In this document: positions 28,632 to 38,992 of the stretch, piece by piece
How positions within the stretch are numbered: position 1 is the first letter of the stretch
Layout of the letters: every line of letters starts with the position of its first letter
Source: an uncultured Clostridia bacterium
GTDB taxonomy: Bacteria > Bacillota > Clostridia > Christensenellales > UBA3700
Length of the DNA: 64,000 nt
Reading direction: 5' to 3'
Assembly: GCA_947038565.1 (NCBI GenBank)
Contig: CAMQWP010000001.1
Location: forward strand, 66,381-130,380
The notes under the pieces: generated by a model
The model's input: only the letters and a program-made list of their open reading frames with translations
Databases searched by the model: none
Told to the model about the DNA's origin: nothing
Position numbers and translations under genes: made by a program

Positions 28632-29531
28632 ATGAAACTTGGAATACAAAACTGGATCGTCGAGTCATATCCAGATGAAATCAAAATTGAAATGATCGCC
28701 AAAGCTGGGTTTGACAGCATTGACTGGGATTTTTTCAATCTATATCTTGGTCGTCCTGGCTGTAAGCAAATTGAAAATGACTCTCGATCATACTACACTA
28801 ATCTTAAAACTTGCCTAGATAAAAACAATATTACAGTCTCTCAAACTCATTCGCCTTTTCCTACTCACCAGAAAACAATTCTCGGCAATAGAAGAATTGC
28901 TCATGCTCTAAGATTGTCAGTAATGGCGACAAGTATTCTTGGTGCTAAATACACTATAATTCATCCACACATGCCTATTAAATATAGCAATTTCAAATAT
29001 CGTAGCGAAAGAATTAAGAAAAATATTATATTTTATAAAAGCCTTATTCCGCTATTAGAAGAATTTGATGTTACTTGCTGTATCGAAAACATGTATAGCT
29101 GGAACATAGAGTCTAACTCCGCTTGCGAGACTTCTTGCTACAATGCGGGAGAGATGAAAGAAGTATTAAAAGGCATTGATCACCCTAGATTTAAGTTTTG
29201 TTTTGACTCAGGTCATGCGAATATGATAACAGGCACTAGTAATATTCACGGTGAGATACTTGCTCTAGGTAGCGACATTGCCGCGCTGCACCTACACGAC
29301 AATAATGGCAAATACGATTATCATCAGCCTATAGGCACTGGAACAGTGGACTGGACAAAACTTATGGACACTTTATATAGAGTTGGTTTTGATAGTGAAT
29401 ATTCTTTTGAGCTTAAGCCTTATATATTAGGTCGCGACAGATCAAAACACCAAGAAAGACTTAATGCACTTCATGATAACTTGCGTGCTTTCTTACATGA
29501 ACACGAACAGCGTAGATTGAATATAAAATAA
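28632..29531 (+). CDS. sugar phosphate isomerase/epimerase (xylose isomerase-like TIM barrel)
   Basis: Length and motif spacing (IHPH..., CIEN, DSGHAN, LHLHDN) fit the AP-endonuclease-2/xylose isomerase-like TIM barrel family. GGAGG RBS. Confidence 0.75.
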   Translation: MKLGIQNWIVESYPDEIKIEMIAKAGFDSIDWDFFNLYLGRPGCKQIENDSRSYYTNLKTCLDKNNITVSQTHSPFPTHQKTILGNRRIAHALRLSVMATSILGAKYTIIHPHMPIKYSNFKYRSERIKKNIIFYKSLIPLLEEFDVTCCIENMYSWNIESNSACETSCYNAGEMKEVLKGIDHPRFKFCFDSGHANMITGTSNIHGEILALGSDIAALHLHDNNGKYDYHQPIGTGTVDWTKLMDTLYRVGFDSEYSFELKPYILGRDRSKHQERLNALHDNLRAFLHEHEQRRLNIK

Positions 29532-29586
29532 TAAAAGATCATTTCGCTTTTAATCTTATCATCTTTTACAAGCATTAGCTTTATTT

Positions 29587-29620
29587 GGCACCTACTTATA
29601 TATAGTAGGTGTCTTTTTTA
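29587..29620 (+). terminator. terminator after the sugar phosphate isomerase gene
   Basis: CACCTACT...AGTAGGTG stem followed by TCTTTTTT. Confidence 0.65.
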
Positions 29621-29689
29621 AGTTTATATACATACTTTTATAAATTTTTCAATATTGTCCAATCTTAGACGCACATACATTTTTTTTAT

Positions 29690-29718
29690 TTGACATGTCA
29701 AAAAATAAATGCTATAAT
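29690..29718 (+). promoter_or_regulatory. consensus sigma-A-like promoter of the uracil permease-upp operon
   Basis: TTGACA (29690-29695), 17-nt spacer, TATAAT (29713-29718). Confidence 0.55.
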
Positions 29719-29779
29719 CTAATGATATATATTTGTTTATATATAAAACTAAAAGAAAAATAACGTTCACGAGGTACTT

Positions 29780-31357
29780 ATGAAAAACTTGAAATCTATG
29801 AAACTTCCTTATACAGGCAAAGAAGTCTTGCTTAGCATACAGCATTTATTTGCGATGTTTGGTGCGACAGTTCTTGTTCCATTACTTACAGGATTTAGTC
29901 CTGCCGTTGCACTTGTTACCGCTGGTATAGGTACACTTGCTTTCCACTTACTTACTAAGTGCAAAGTACCAGTATTCCTAGGCTCTAGCTTTGCATTTAT
30001 CGGCTCTTTATCTACAATTGTTCAGACTGAAGGTATTCCTTTTGCTCAAGGTGGTATAATTATAGCAGGTTGCATATATTGCTTGATGTCTATAATCGTT
30101 TACTTTGTAGGTGCTGACGTTATCAAAAAGATCCTTCCTGCTGAGGTTACTGGCCCTATCATCATCGTTATCGCGATGGGTCTTGCAAGCGTTGCAATTA
30201 ATCACGCTTTCAATGCTAGTACTGCACCAGGCGTATTTGTTTTTGATCCTATCATGATGGCTATAGCATTATTTACTTTTGTTGTAATTATTGCGGGTAT
30301 GATATTTGCTAGAGGTTTCTTTAAAATAGTTCCTATCCTTATAGGTCTTGTTTGCGGTTATGCTCTATCAGCTATTCTTGCTGCTTGCGGTGTTTTCACA
30401 ATGAACTACGACGCAATTATCGAGGCACCATGGTTTAATATACCTTACGTAACTGAGGGATTCTTCTCTCTTCCTAAGTTCAGTGGTACTGCAATATTCG
30501 CTATTGCACCTATAGCTCTTGTTAGTTTCATGGAGCATATTGGAGATATCACTACAAACGGTATGGTAGTAGAAAAAGATTTCTTTAAAGATCCAGGTCT
30601 TCACAGAACTGTACTTGGCGACGGTGTTGCTACTCTTATAGCTGGTTTCCTTGGTGGCCCAGCAAATACTACTTATTCTGAGAATACAGGCGTACTAGCA
30701 ACTACTAAAAACTACAATCCAAAGCTATTAAGACTTACAGCAGTATTTGCTATAATCCTAGGCTTTATAGGAAAGTTCGGTGCAATACTTCAAACAATAC
30801 CTTCTCCAGTAATGGGAGGTATAGAGATAATACTATTTGGTATGATCGCAGCGGTAGGTATCAGAACTCTTGCAGAATCTAAGCTAGACTTCACTAATTC
30901 TAGAAATCTAATCATCGTAGGAACTATCCTTGTTATCGGTATCGGCTTATCAGCAGTTGGCGGAATTAAAATAGGTGGAAGTTTCGTATTATCAGGTTTA
31001 TTCGTTGCTACTATCGTAGGAATTTTAATGAATCTTATCCTTCCTCGTAAACTAGATAAAGCTACAAAGGGCACTGAAAATGTAGATGAAATCCAAAAGG
31101 ATTTTGGCGAGTTTGATATATTTGCAGCAATTGCAAAATTGTTTAGAAAAGTTTTTAAAATATCTGAAAAAAAATGCAAAAACGATGCTGAAACTTTAGA
31201 AAATTATGATATAATTATAAATGAAGATGGCGAAATTATTGAGCCTACAAACACCGACACAATAGAATCAGCTGAAGTAAATACTATTACCGACGAAGAG
31301 TCAACTAAAGCAGATGATACTACTGATGAAGTCGTAATCGAAGATATCGTTAAATAA
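29780..31357 (+). CDS. pyrP: uracil/xanthine permease (NCS2/NAT family) with an acidic C-terminal tail of about 100 aa
   Basis: NCS2 signature QHLFAMFGATVLVP and a polytopic core. Immediately followed by upp. Confidence 0.85.
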   Translation: MKNLKSMKLPYTGKEVLLSIQHLFAMFGATVLVPLLTGFSPAVALVTAGIGTLAFHLLTKCKVPVFLGSSFAFIGSLSTIVQTEGIPFAQGGIIIAGCIYCLMSIIVYFVGADVIKKILPAEVTGPIIIVIAMGLASVAINHAFNASTAPGVFVFDPIMMAIALFTFVVIIAGMIFARGFFKIVPILIGLVCGYALSAILAACGVFTMNYDAIIEAPWFNIPYVTEGFFSLPKFSGTAIFAIAPIALVSFMEHIGDITTNGMVVEKDFFKDPGLHRTVLGDGVATLIAGFLGGPANTTYSENTGVLATTKNYNPKLLRLTAVFAIILGFIGKFGAILQTIPSPVMGGIEIILFGMIAAVGIRTLAESKLDFTNSRNLIIVGTILVIGIGLSAVGGIKIGGSFVLSGLFVATIVGILMNLILPRKLDKATKGTENVDEIQKDFGEFDIFAAIAKLFRKVFKISEKKCKNDAETLENYDIIINEDGEIIEPTNTDTIESAEVNTITDEESTKADDTTDEVVIEDIVK

Positions 31358-31379
31358 TATATACTGCAAGGAGAATCAA

Positions 31380-32009
31380 ATGAAAAATATCCATATTTTA
31401 AGTCACGTACTTATAGACCATAAGATGGCAAAACTACGCAGTGTCACTACTGGCACTAAAGAATTTAGAGAACTTATTGAAGAGCTTTCTACTTTAGTAG
31501 CATACGAAGCATTAGCTGATATCCCTACTGTAGAAATAGTTGTTAGCACTCCTCTTGAGTCAGTAACTCAAAATATTATAAAAGAAAAAAGCATAGCACT
31601 AGTTCCTATTTTAAGAGCTGGTTTAGGTATGGTGAATGGTGTAATCACTCTTCTACCTACTGCAAAAGTTGGTCACATAGGCATGTGTAGGAACGAAGAA
31701 ACACTTCAACCTGAGTCTTACTACTGCAAATTGCCAGCAAACATAGAAGACAAACTTGTAATAGTTTTAGATCCAATGCTTGCTACTGGTGGCTCTGCAA
31801 TAGAAGCGATCAATATACTAAAAGGTCTTGGCGTAAAACACATCAAAATGATGAATATTTTAGCAGCACCTATCGGTCTTAAAGAGGTAAGCAAAGCTCA
31901 TCCTGACGTACAAGTATATGTCGCAAAAGTAGATAGATGTCTAAATGAAAATGGATATATACTACCTGGTTTAGGTGATGCTGGCGATAGAATTTACGGT
32001 ACAAAATAA
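31380..32009 (+). CDS. upp: uracil phosphoribosyltransferase
   Basis: PRPP-binding loop VLDPMLATGGS and C-terminal uracil-binding YILPGLGDAGDR. Confidence 0.93.
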   Translation: MKNIHILSHVLIDHKMAKLRSVTTGTKEFRELIEELSTLVAYEALADIPTVEIVVSTPLESVTQNIIKEKSIALVPILRAGLGMVNGVITLLPTAKVGHIGMCRNEETLQPESYYCKLPANIEDKLVIVLDPMLATGGSAIEAINILKGLGVKHIKMMNILAAPIGLKEVSKAHPDVQVYVAKVDRCLNENGYILPGLGDAGDRIYGTK

Positions 32010-32083
32010 TTAGATATTATTATCTTTTATTATCAATAATTTAATTTATTTTTAACTGATAATATAATTATAATTGCAATACA

Positions 32084-32125
32084 AAAGTTACTCTTGTCAA
32101 TGATTGAATAGAGTAACTTTTTTTA
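32084..32125 (+). terminator. terminator after upp
   Basis: AAAGTTACTCT / AGAGTAACTTT 11-bp stem followed by a T-run. Confidence 0.75.
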
Positions 32126-32356
32126 TATCGTTTAACTATTTTTATAGCATGATATTTGTATCCATATCGCTTATTATAGTTAAATATATCACTTAACTAC
32201 ACTGCGTCATCAATTTAGGCATAAGAAAGGCACATCGCGATCATATTCGCTATGTGCCTTTCTTATATTTTTATATACTATTTATTTCAATTTTATTCTA
32301 ATATTTACTCGTTATTTTATTTGCCTTTTTATCTATACTAATTGCATTAATATACA

Positions 32357-33793
32357 TTATTTAGCGTTACCTATATTTATCACAGATCCATGCCCACAAC
32401 AAACATTATACTTCGACAAATCGAATATTTTAGACAATGCTTTTCTCTCTTGTAATGCTTTTTTAGAATCAGTATTGACACTTGTCATAAGGTACGGAGC
32501 TATAAGATTAAACTCATGTTGTTCTTTAGAAAAACCTTTCACGTTTACCATAACATCACCAGTAAAAATGACTTTTAATCTCTCGCATTTTATAACGATT
32601 TCTCCAGCAACATGACCACCATTACCTTGGTATATTTCAAAATTTTCTCCAAGTAATTGTATATCCCTTAGATACTCAAGAGCATCTGGAGTCCTATGAT
32701 CACGCTCACCTATTATCTCAAGAGTTTCCATTTTAGGAGGCTTATAGCCACTCATTACTTTGCTTATCTTACAATAAGGCAAATGCTCTACTTTGCTTTC
32801 TCTTATATTTGGCTCATGACTATTCTCGGCTAAAAAATTATTATAACTAGATTGTGTTACATACACTTTATCGAACATTTTCAGCAATCCGCAATGGTCG
32901 ATATCCGAATGAGTTATGATAATTTCTTTTTTCATTTCCTTATATCCCGATATCATTATATCAAGAATATTAATCATCTCTTCTCTATAACAAGCAAAAC
33001 CACAGTCGATGAAAAGCAATTGATTTTCCTTCTGGATAATGTACGTACATGCACCCACTGGAGGCTCGATAACATACATGAAAACTCCCTCAGCAAGAGA
33101 TATATTATACAGCTTACAATTAAATGCATTACCCTTATACTTTGCTATGCAGTCAGCAAAATTACCTATAAATTCGAACGTCTTATGCGACGGTTTATCT
33201 AGCTCATCTAGTGCTTGCATAATGACATTAGAGTAAAGTAAAAGTTTGTGTCTGCCGTCACTATCTAGATTTAATTTCTCCGCAACGGTACCTGCAAAAG
33301 CCATATAGAAAACAGTATTATCTAAGTACTTTTCGCTCATGTCATAGTCCACTATTTTAACTTCACATATTTCACTAGCCTTACTTAAAAACTCTTGTAT
33401 ACTGCTCGTCTTTTCAATATAAATCCCTAGCTTAAAGTTTTGGAAATTCGTTCCGTTTTGAGCTGAACTTATGTATGAAATATTAAAGTTATAGTTATTA
33501 ATAAGCTCCAATATAGGATATACTGATCCTGGCTTATCCTCCAACTTCAGCTCTAAAAGTAGCACCTTTGCACTTATATCCTCTTTCGCAATATATCCGC
33601 TATTTTTAAGTGCTGTCGTAATATCTTCTATCTGCGAAGGAGAGCCTGTCACGTCCAAAAACAAAGTATTAACATCTACTGCCTTGTTGTAGCTACACCT
33701 AATTATATTACCGCCTATGTTCGACACGATTTCGCTAGCTTTCATAAATGCGCCGACTTGATCTGGCAATCTAGCAATATATCTTTTTCGCAT
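32357..33793 (-). CDS. ACT-ACT-MBL fusion protein (two N-terminal ACT-like domains plus a metallo-beta-lactamase-fold domain)
   Basis: N-terminus ARLPDQVGAFMKASEIVS... is ACT-like, and a second copy follows at about residues 75-150. MBL motif ITHSDIDHCG and distal GHG (CCGHGS). Confidence 0.65.
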   Translation of the reverse strand: MRKRYIARLPDQVGAFMKASEIVSNIGGNIIRCSYNKAVDVNTLFLDVTGSPSQIEDITTALKNSGYIAKEDISAKVLLLELKLEDKPGSVYPILELINNYNFNISYISSAQNGTNFQNFKLGIYIEKTSSIQEFLSKASEICEVKIVDYDMSEKYLDNTVFYMAFAGTVAEKLNLDSDGRHKLLLYSNVIMQALDELDKPSHKTFEFIGNFADCIAKYKGNAFNCKLYNISLAEGVFMYVIEPPVGACTYIIQKENQLLFIDCGFACYREEMINILDIMISGYKEMKKEIIITHSDIDHCGLLKMFDKVYVTQSSYNNFLAENSHEPNIRESKVEHLPYCKISKVMSGYKPPKMETLEIIGERDHRTPDALEYLRDIQLLGENFEIYQGNGGHVAGEIVIKCERLKVIFTGDVMVNVKGFSKEQHEFNLIAPYLMTSVNTDSKKALQERKALSKIFDLSKYNVCCGHGSVINIGNAK

Positions 33794-33836
33794 ATGACTC
33801 CTCTTTAGTTCTATTTTAAATTCATAATTAATTTGA

Positions 33837-35576
33837 TTAGTTCAATACTAATTGTTCTACAAATCCCATTACGTTTGCATTTTTAGCAGCAGCCTCAGCC
33901 TTTGTTTTGCCTTTTACACTTACGTATATTTTTATCTTTGGCTCAGTTCCAGATGGACGGACACATGCCCACTCATCGTCACTTAGCTGATACTTGATTA
34001 CGTTTGTCTTAGGAAGGTCGATAGATTTTATCTCTCCAGTATATACCATAGACATGCTTTCTTTATAATCTAAAAATTCTACAACTGGCACACCCGCTAA
34101 GTTATTAACAGGATGAGATCTAAGTTTATCCATCACATCAGACATTTGTTTCATGCCGTCAAGACCGCCAAAAGCTATAGACATACTTATATCTTCAAAG
34201 TATCCGAACTCTGTATAGATACCATCTAGCACATCGCATAGTTTCTCGCCTTTATCACCGTAATAACATGCCATCTCTGCAAATAACATACTTGACACAA
34301 CCGCGTCTTTATCTCTAGCGTGAGTTCCTGATAAGAAACCAAAACTCTCTTCATAACCAAACATGAAAGTATGCTCACCGCTAGACTCCCAGTCTTTTAT
34401 CTTCTCTCCGATAAACTTAAAACCAGTAAGTACATTATAAACCGTTGCACCATATTTCATAGCTATCTTGTCTCCAAGCATAGAAGTAACTATAGTCTTA
34501 ACTACCGCACTATTAGCTGGAAGAGTTCCGTTTTCACTATTTCTAAGCAATATATACTTAAGTAACATTGCACCTATTTGATTGCCCGTCAATAGAAAAA
34601 ATTCACCCTTTTTATCTCTGATAGCTATACCCATACGATCAGCGTCAGGATCAGTACCGATAACAATATCACCTTTAAGTTTTTTTGCTAAAGATATTCC
34701 CATAAGAAGTGCGTCAGGTTGCTCTGGGTTTGGCATAGCAACAGTAGGGAAGTTTCCGTCTGGCAACTTTTGTTCTTCTACTACGCTACATGGAATACCC
34801 ATTCTACTTAGTATTTCAGTAACTGGCTTATAACCGCTACCATGGATAGGCGTGTAAACTATCTTCATCTTGCTTGCAACGCGAGAAACAGCTTCTGAAC
34901 TAAGAGAAAGTTTCTCTAACTCTGCATAATAGCACGCATCAGTACCCGAACCTATTACGTCGATATAATCACATAAAGGCTCTTCGTTCATCGAAAGCAC
35001 CTTGTCTCTACTTACATTTAGATCAATAGTCTGCACACTGAAGTAATCCTCAACCGCGTTGATATACTCTACTACAACATTTGTAGCCTCTATTGCCATT
35101 TGTGCACCGTCATCACCGTATACTTTATATCCATTATACTGCTTAGGATTATGCGATGCAGTGATCATAATACCTGCTACAGCACCAAGGTGTCTTATAG
35201 CAAATGAACACATAGGCACTGGGTGCACATCGTTGTATAGATGTACTTTTATCTTATTAAACGCAAAAACTTTCGCAGTTTCAAGTGCGAATTCGTAGCT
35301 AAAATTTCTAGTATCATAACTAACTACTACTCCGGCATCCATAGCTTCTTTGCCAAGCCCGATAATGTAATTAGCCACACCAAGCGTAGCACGCCTTATA
35401 GTATATTTATTTATACTTGCAGTACCAAGAGCGATGATTCCGCGCATACCTGCAGTACCAAACTCAAGAGGCATAGCGAACTGTCTCTTTATCTGATCTT
35501 CGTTTTCTTTAATAGCAAGAAGTTCTTCTCTCTCACTTTCGTCCACCTTGTCTAACCACTCTAAATAAGTTTGCAT
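33837..35576 (-). CDS. pgcA: phosphoglucomutase / phosphomannomutase (alpha-D-phosphohexomutase family)
   Basis: Active-site phosphoserine loop TASHNPKQYNGYKV, metal loop GTDPDADR and sugar loop GYEESFG. Confidence 0.88.
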   Translation of the reverse strand: MQTYLEWLDKVDESEREELLAIKENEDQIKRQFAMPLEFGTAGMRGIIALGTASINKYTIRRATLGVANYIIGLGKEAMDAGVVVSYDTRNFSYEFALETAKVFAFNKIKVHLYNDVHPVPMCSFAIRHLGAVAGIMITASHNPKQYNGYKVYGDDGAQMAIEATNVVVEYINAVEDYFSVQTIDLNVSRDKVLSMNEEPLCDYIDVIGSGTDACYYAELEKLSLSSEAVSRVASKMKIVYTPIHGSGYKPVTEILSRMGIPCSVVEEQKLPDGNFPTVAMPNPEQPDALLMGISLAKKLKGDIVIGTDPDADRMGIAIRDKKGEFFLLTGNQIGAMLLKYILLRNSENGTLPANSAVVKTIVTSMLGDKIAMKYGATVYNVLTGFKFIGEKIKDWESSGEHTFMFGYEESFGFLSGTHARDKDAVVSSMLFAEMACYYGDKGEKLCDVLDGIYTEFGYFEDISMSIAFGGLDGMKQMSDVMDKLRSHPVNNLAGVPVVEFLDYKESMSMVYTGEIKSIDLPKTNVIKYQLSDDEWACVRPSGTEPKIKIYVSVKGKTKAEAAAKNANVMGFVEQLVLN

Positions 35577-35739
35577 TTATAATTCTCCCTTAACCGTTAG
35601 GTCGTATAATGTTTTAATATTATTGTACTATACATTATACTATACTACCGATTGATTTGTCAATGCCTACTAGCTATATTGGCTATTCTTTAACATAAAT
35701 TTTGCAAATTACAAAAAAGCATGCGACTATCATACCCTT

Positions 35740-36600
35740 CTAATTATGCACGCTACCTTTTAAAACCTTGATCACCTTTTGCGTCGGGGTGGGTGCATAT
35801 CTATCACGCCTAAGCTCCCTTTTTGCGATCACTTTTCCGCCTTCTATCACCTCGATAAGTAGCCTTGACTTATAACCCGACTTGCCTTCGTACACTACTT
35901 CGCCGACATCACTAATACTATCCACTTCTATCGTCACATCTGGCACTAAATACGATTGTATTTCAGCTATAATATCCGTAGTAAGTCTGTATTCGTACGT
36001 TCGTTTTTTGCCATGGACTGCTATGTTTAAGACATCGCCGTCAGTACAAACTTTTATGACAACGTCGCTATCAGTGTTATTAGCGAATACTAGATCTATC
36101 TCACTACTTACTGTAGCATCACGAGACAAGTCTACATAGCTAGACGGCAACGTGTGTGCTTTGCTATCCACAACATCAAGCCCCGCTAGCAACCACGCGT
36201 TGTACATGGTAGACGATACTTGACATACTCCACCACCTACGCCTTTCACATACACCCCTTTCATGATTACATTTGCATCCAAATACCCTCTCTCATAAGT
36301 TCTTGCACCTACAAGCGAGTTGAATGTTGCAGTATTTCCCGACTTCACCGTTACATTATCAAGCATACTACTTGCTAGAATTATATTATGTGCTCTATTT
36401 TTTCCGCTAGTAGCAAACGTTGTACTAAATGCCGAAAGCTCGCATATTTCGTCTTGGCTTTTGCACGTATTTACGCATACTTTCGCTTTATAGTGATTTA
36501 CGCTCACGCACATTAATATAACAAGTAAAATACTTATCACAGCTATCGTTAAAATTATTAATTTCCTACCTACTCTAATCGCACTTTTACTATTATTCAT
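35740..36600 (-). CDS. VanW-family protein (membrane anchored)
   Basis: VanW core GGGVCQVSSTMYNAWLLAGL. Start set at MNNSKSAIR, before the TM anchor. Confidence 0.75.
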   Translation of the reverse strand: MNNSKSAIRVGRKLIILTIAVISILLVILMCVSVNHYKAKVCVNTCKSQDEICELSAFSTTFATSGKNRAHNIILASSMLDNVTVKSGNTATFNSLVGARTYERGYLDANVIMKGVYVKGVGGGVCQVSSTMYNAWLLAGLDVVDSKAHTLPSSYVDLSRDATVSSEIDLVFANNTDSDVVIKVCTDGDVLNIAVHGKKRTYEYRLTTDIIAEIQSYLVPDVTIEVDSISDVGEVVYEGKSGYKSRLLIEVIEGGKVIAKRELRRDRYAPTPTQKVIKVLKGSVHN

Positions 36601-36707
36601 ATTACTACTATGTGCATTAAAAAGTTTTATATCATAACTTATCAGCAAATAAAAAAGTTGCGACACTAAATCGCAACTTGTATTTTATGGTGTGTTATAA
36701 AGGAATA

Positions 36708-37613
36708 TCACTCGTTCTCAAACGGCGTTACCTGATATACATAGTAATTCAACCAGTTATAGAATAATAAATTCGCAGTACTTCTCCAATTGACATTAAT
36801 GTCATCTACGTTGCCGTCCACGAAATAATTCTTCGGCATATCTATATTATTCCCTTTCGCAAGATCTCTCAAGTACTCATTTTTTAGTGTTTCTTTGTCA
36901 TACTCGCTATGTCCAGTGAAGAAAAACTTGCTATTATCAGAACTTTTGACAATGCTAATACCGCTTTCTTTCGACTCGGCAAGAACTACTAACTCGTCGT
37001 GATTACGCACCGCTTCTTCGTCTATAGAAGTGTGTCTGCTCATTGGAATATAGAACGTGTCGTCCATTCCCTTAAGTAGCATATCGTGTGCAGTTACTGA
37101 TTTAGTTGCAAATATACCGAATTTTTTATAAGGAAGCATATCTTTGCCAATACCATAATGATACTTAAGTCCAGCCTGAGCTCCCCAACATATAAACACC
37201 GTTGAGGTCACATTGCTATCCGCGTATTCCATTATTTGCTTAAGCTCCGACCAGTATGACACGTCTTCATACTCAAGAGTTTCTACTGGCGCGCCCGTTA
37301 TGATAAGTCCATCAATTTTGCAATTTTTAATATCGTCAAAACTTTTATAAAACTTCTGCAAATGCTCGGCACTAGTATTCTTACTCTCGTGTGACTGCAT
37401 ACTTATAAGACTAACATTCACCTGCAACGAAGAATTACCTAGCAATCGCATAAGCTGGGTTTCAGTTTCTATCTTTGTAGGCATAAGGTTAACTATAGCT
37501 ATCTCAATAGGTCTTATGTCCTGTTGCTCAGCTCTAATCTTAGGCATAACAAAAACGTTTTCATTCTGTAGTACATTATATGCGGGTAATCCCTTTGGTA
37601 TAATTATCGGCAT
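36708..37613 (-). CDS. metA: homoserine O-acyltransferase (MetA family)
   Basis: Typical MetA N-terminus (MPIIIPKGLPA...) and IAIVNLMPTKIETETQLMRLL. The acetyl versus succinyl donor is not decidable by eye. Confidence 0.88.
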   Translation of the reverse strand: MPIIIPKGLPAYNVLQNENVFVMPKIRAEQQDIRPIEIAIVNLMPTKIETETQLMRLLGNSSLQVNVSLISMQSHESKNTSAEHLQKFYKSFDDIKNCKIDGLIITGAPVETLEYEDVSYWSELKQIMEYADSNVTSTVFICWGAQAGLKYHYGIGKDMLPYKKFGIFATKSVTAHDMLLKGMDDTFYIPMSRHTSIDEEAVRNHDELVVLAESKESGISIVKSSDNSKFFFTGHSEYDKETLKNEYLRDLAKGNNIDMPKNYFVDGNVDDINVNWRSTANLLFYNWLNYYVYQVTPFENE

Positions 37614-37652
37614 AATTTATCTCCCTGTATAGTTAAAAATTGTTAGGTATTA

Positions 37653-38924
37653 TTAGTTAACTTTATCTAGTGCTTGCTCTAAATCTCTTATTATATCCGC
37701 ACTACACTCAATACCTACTGACAATCTAATAAGATTATCGCTGATACCACAAGCAACTAATTGCTCAGGTGAAAGCTGTCTATGCGTCGTAGTAGCAGGG
37801 TGTATAACGCTTGTCCTAGCGTCGGCAATATGCGTAACTATTTTAGCAAATTCTAATGCGTTCATAAATGCATTAGCCTCTTCAAGTCCACCCTTCACGC
37901 CAAATACTACCATACCAGAATTATAACCTTCACGGAAATACTTTCTTGCCTTGTTATAATTCTCATCGCCATCAAGACCATTGAACTTAACCCATTCCAC
38001 CTTTGGATGATTAGCAAGCATTCTAGCACATGCCATAGCATTCTCGCCATGCTTAGCCATTCTAAGGTGTAGAGTTTCTGCACCCATATTCGTAAGGTAA
38101 GCGTTAAATGGACTCATGCAACAGCCTAAATCTCTCATCATCTGCACTCTTGCTTTAGTTATAAAACTTGCTGGTGCACAGTCAGTATATACAAGACCAT
38201 GATAACTCTCATCAGGAACATTAAGCTCTTTATAACGAGGATTACCCTTGAAATCAAAATTACCAGCGTCCACGATAATACCACCAACACAGCAAGCATG
38301 TCCATCAATGTACTTTGACGTAGAGTGGATAACAATATTTGCACCGAACTCTATAGGCTTACATACTAGCGGAGTAGCAAGCGTGTTATCTACAAATAAT
38401 AGCACGCCTTTTTCCTTTGCAACGCTTGATATCATTTCAAGATCAACTATGTGCATACTAGGGTTTGCAACAGTTTCACAGAACAATATTTTTGTATTAT
38501 CATCAATCGCCGCTAGCAAATCTTCTCTAGTGGCTGACGATGGTACAAAAGTAGTGTTTATACCATACTTTCTAAGAGTAACATTAAATAGATTGAAAGT
38601 GCCGCCGTATACAGTAGAAAGTGATACTATATTATCACCAGCATTACATACATTAAGTATGGCAAGCGTCTCTGCTGCAAGTCCTGACGAACACGCAAGT
38701 GCACCAACTCCGCCTTCAAGCGCGTTGATTTTATCTTCAAAAGCACACACTGTAGGGTTGCTGATACGAGTATAAATATGACCTGCCTCGCTAAGATCGA
38801 ATAAGTTAGCAAGTTGCTCAGGTGTATCATAAACATAAGTTGTAGATTGATATAATGGTAGAACTCTAGGCTCACCATTTTTAGGCTCGTATCCAGCCTG
38901 AACGCATTTAGATTGTATATCCAT
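37653..38924 (-). CDS. metY: O-acetylhomoserine aminocarboxypropyltransferase / sulfhydrylase (Cys/Met PLP family)
   Basis: PLP-lysine motif HSTSKYIDGH. Start set at MDIQSKCVQAGY (ATG 38922-38924), which has an AAGGAGA RBS. Confidence 0.85.
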   Translation of the reverse strand: MDIQSKCVQAGYEPKNGEPRVLPLYQSTTYVYDTPEQLANLFDLSEAGHIYTRISNPTVCAFEDKINALEGGVGALACSSGLAAETLAILNVCNAGDNIVSLSTVYGGTFNLFNVTLRKYGINTTFVPSSATREDLLAAIDDNTKILFCETVANPSMHIVDLEMISSVAKEKGVLLFVDNTLATPLVCKPIEFGANIVIHSTSKYIDGHACCVGGIIVDAGNFDFKGNPRYKELNVPDESYHGLVYTDCAPASFITKARVQMMRDLGCCMSPFNAYLTNMGAETLHLRMAKHGENAMACARMLANHPKVEWVKFNGLDGDENYNKARKYFREGYNSGMVVFGVKGGLEEANAFMNALEFAKIVTHIADARTSVIHPATTTHRQLSPEQLVACGISDNLIRLSVGIECSADIIRDLEQALDKVN

Positions 38925-38954
38925 GATTTTAATTCTCCTTATAAATTGATCTTT

Positions 38955-38992
38955 ATAAAATAAACGAGGTAATATCATACAATATTACCTCG
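38955..38992 (-). terminator. terminator after smpB
   Basis: CGAGGTAATAT / ATATTACCTCG 11-bp stem followed by UUUAUUUUAU on the minus strand. Confidence 0.65.

Noticed and set aside
29624-29845. 73-aa minus-strand ORF over the pyrP promoter and start.
   Set aside because: It overlaps a consensus promoter and the 5' end of the permease gene, has no RBS, and its sequence is low-complexity.
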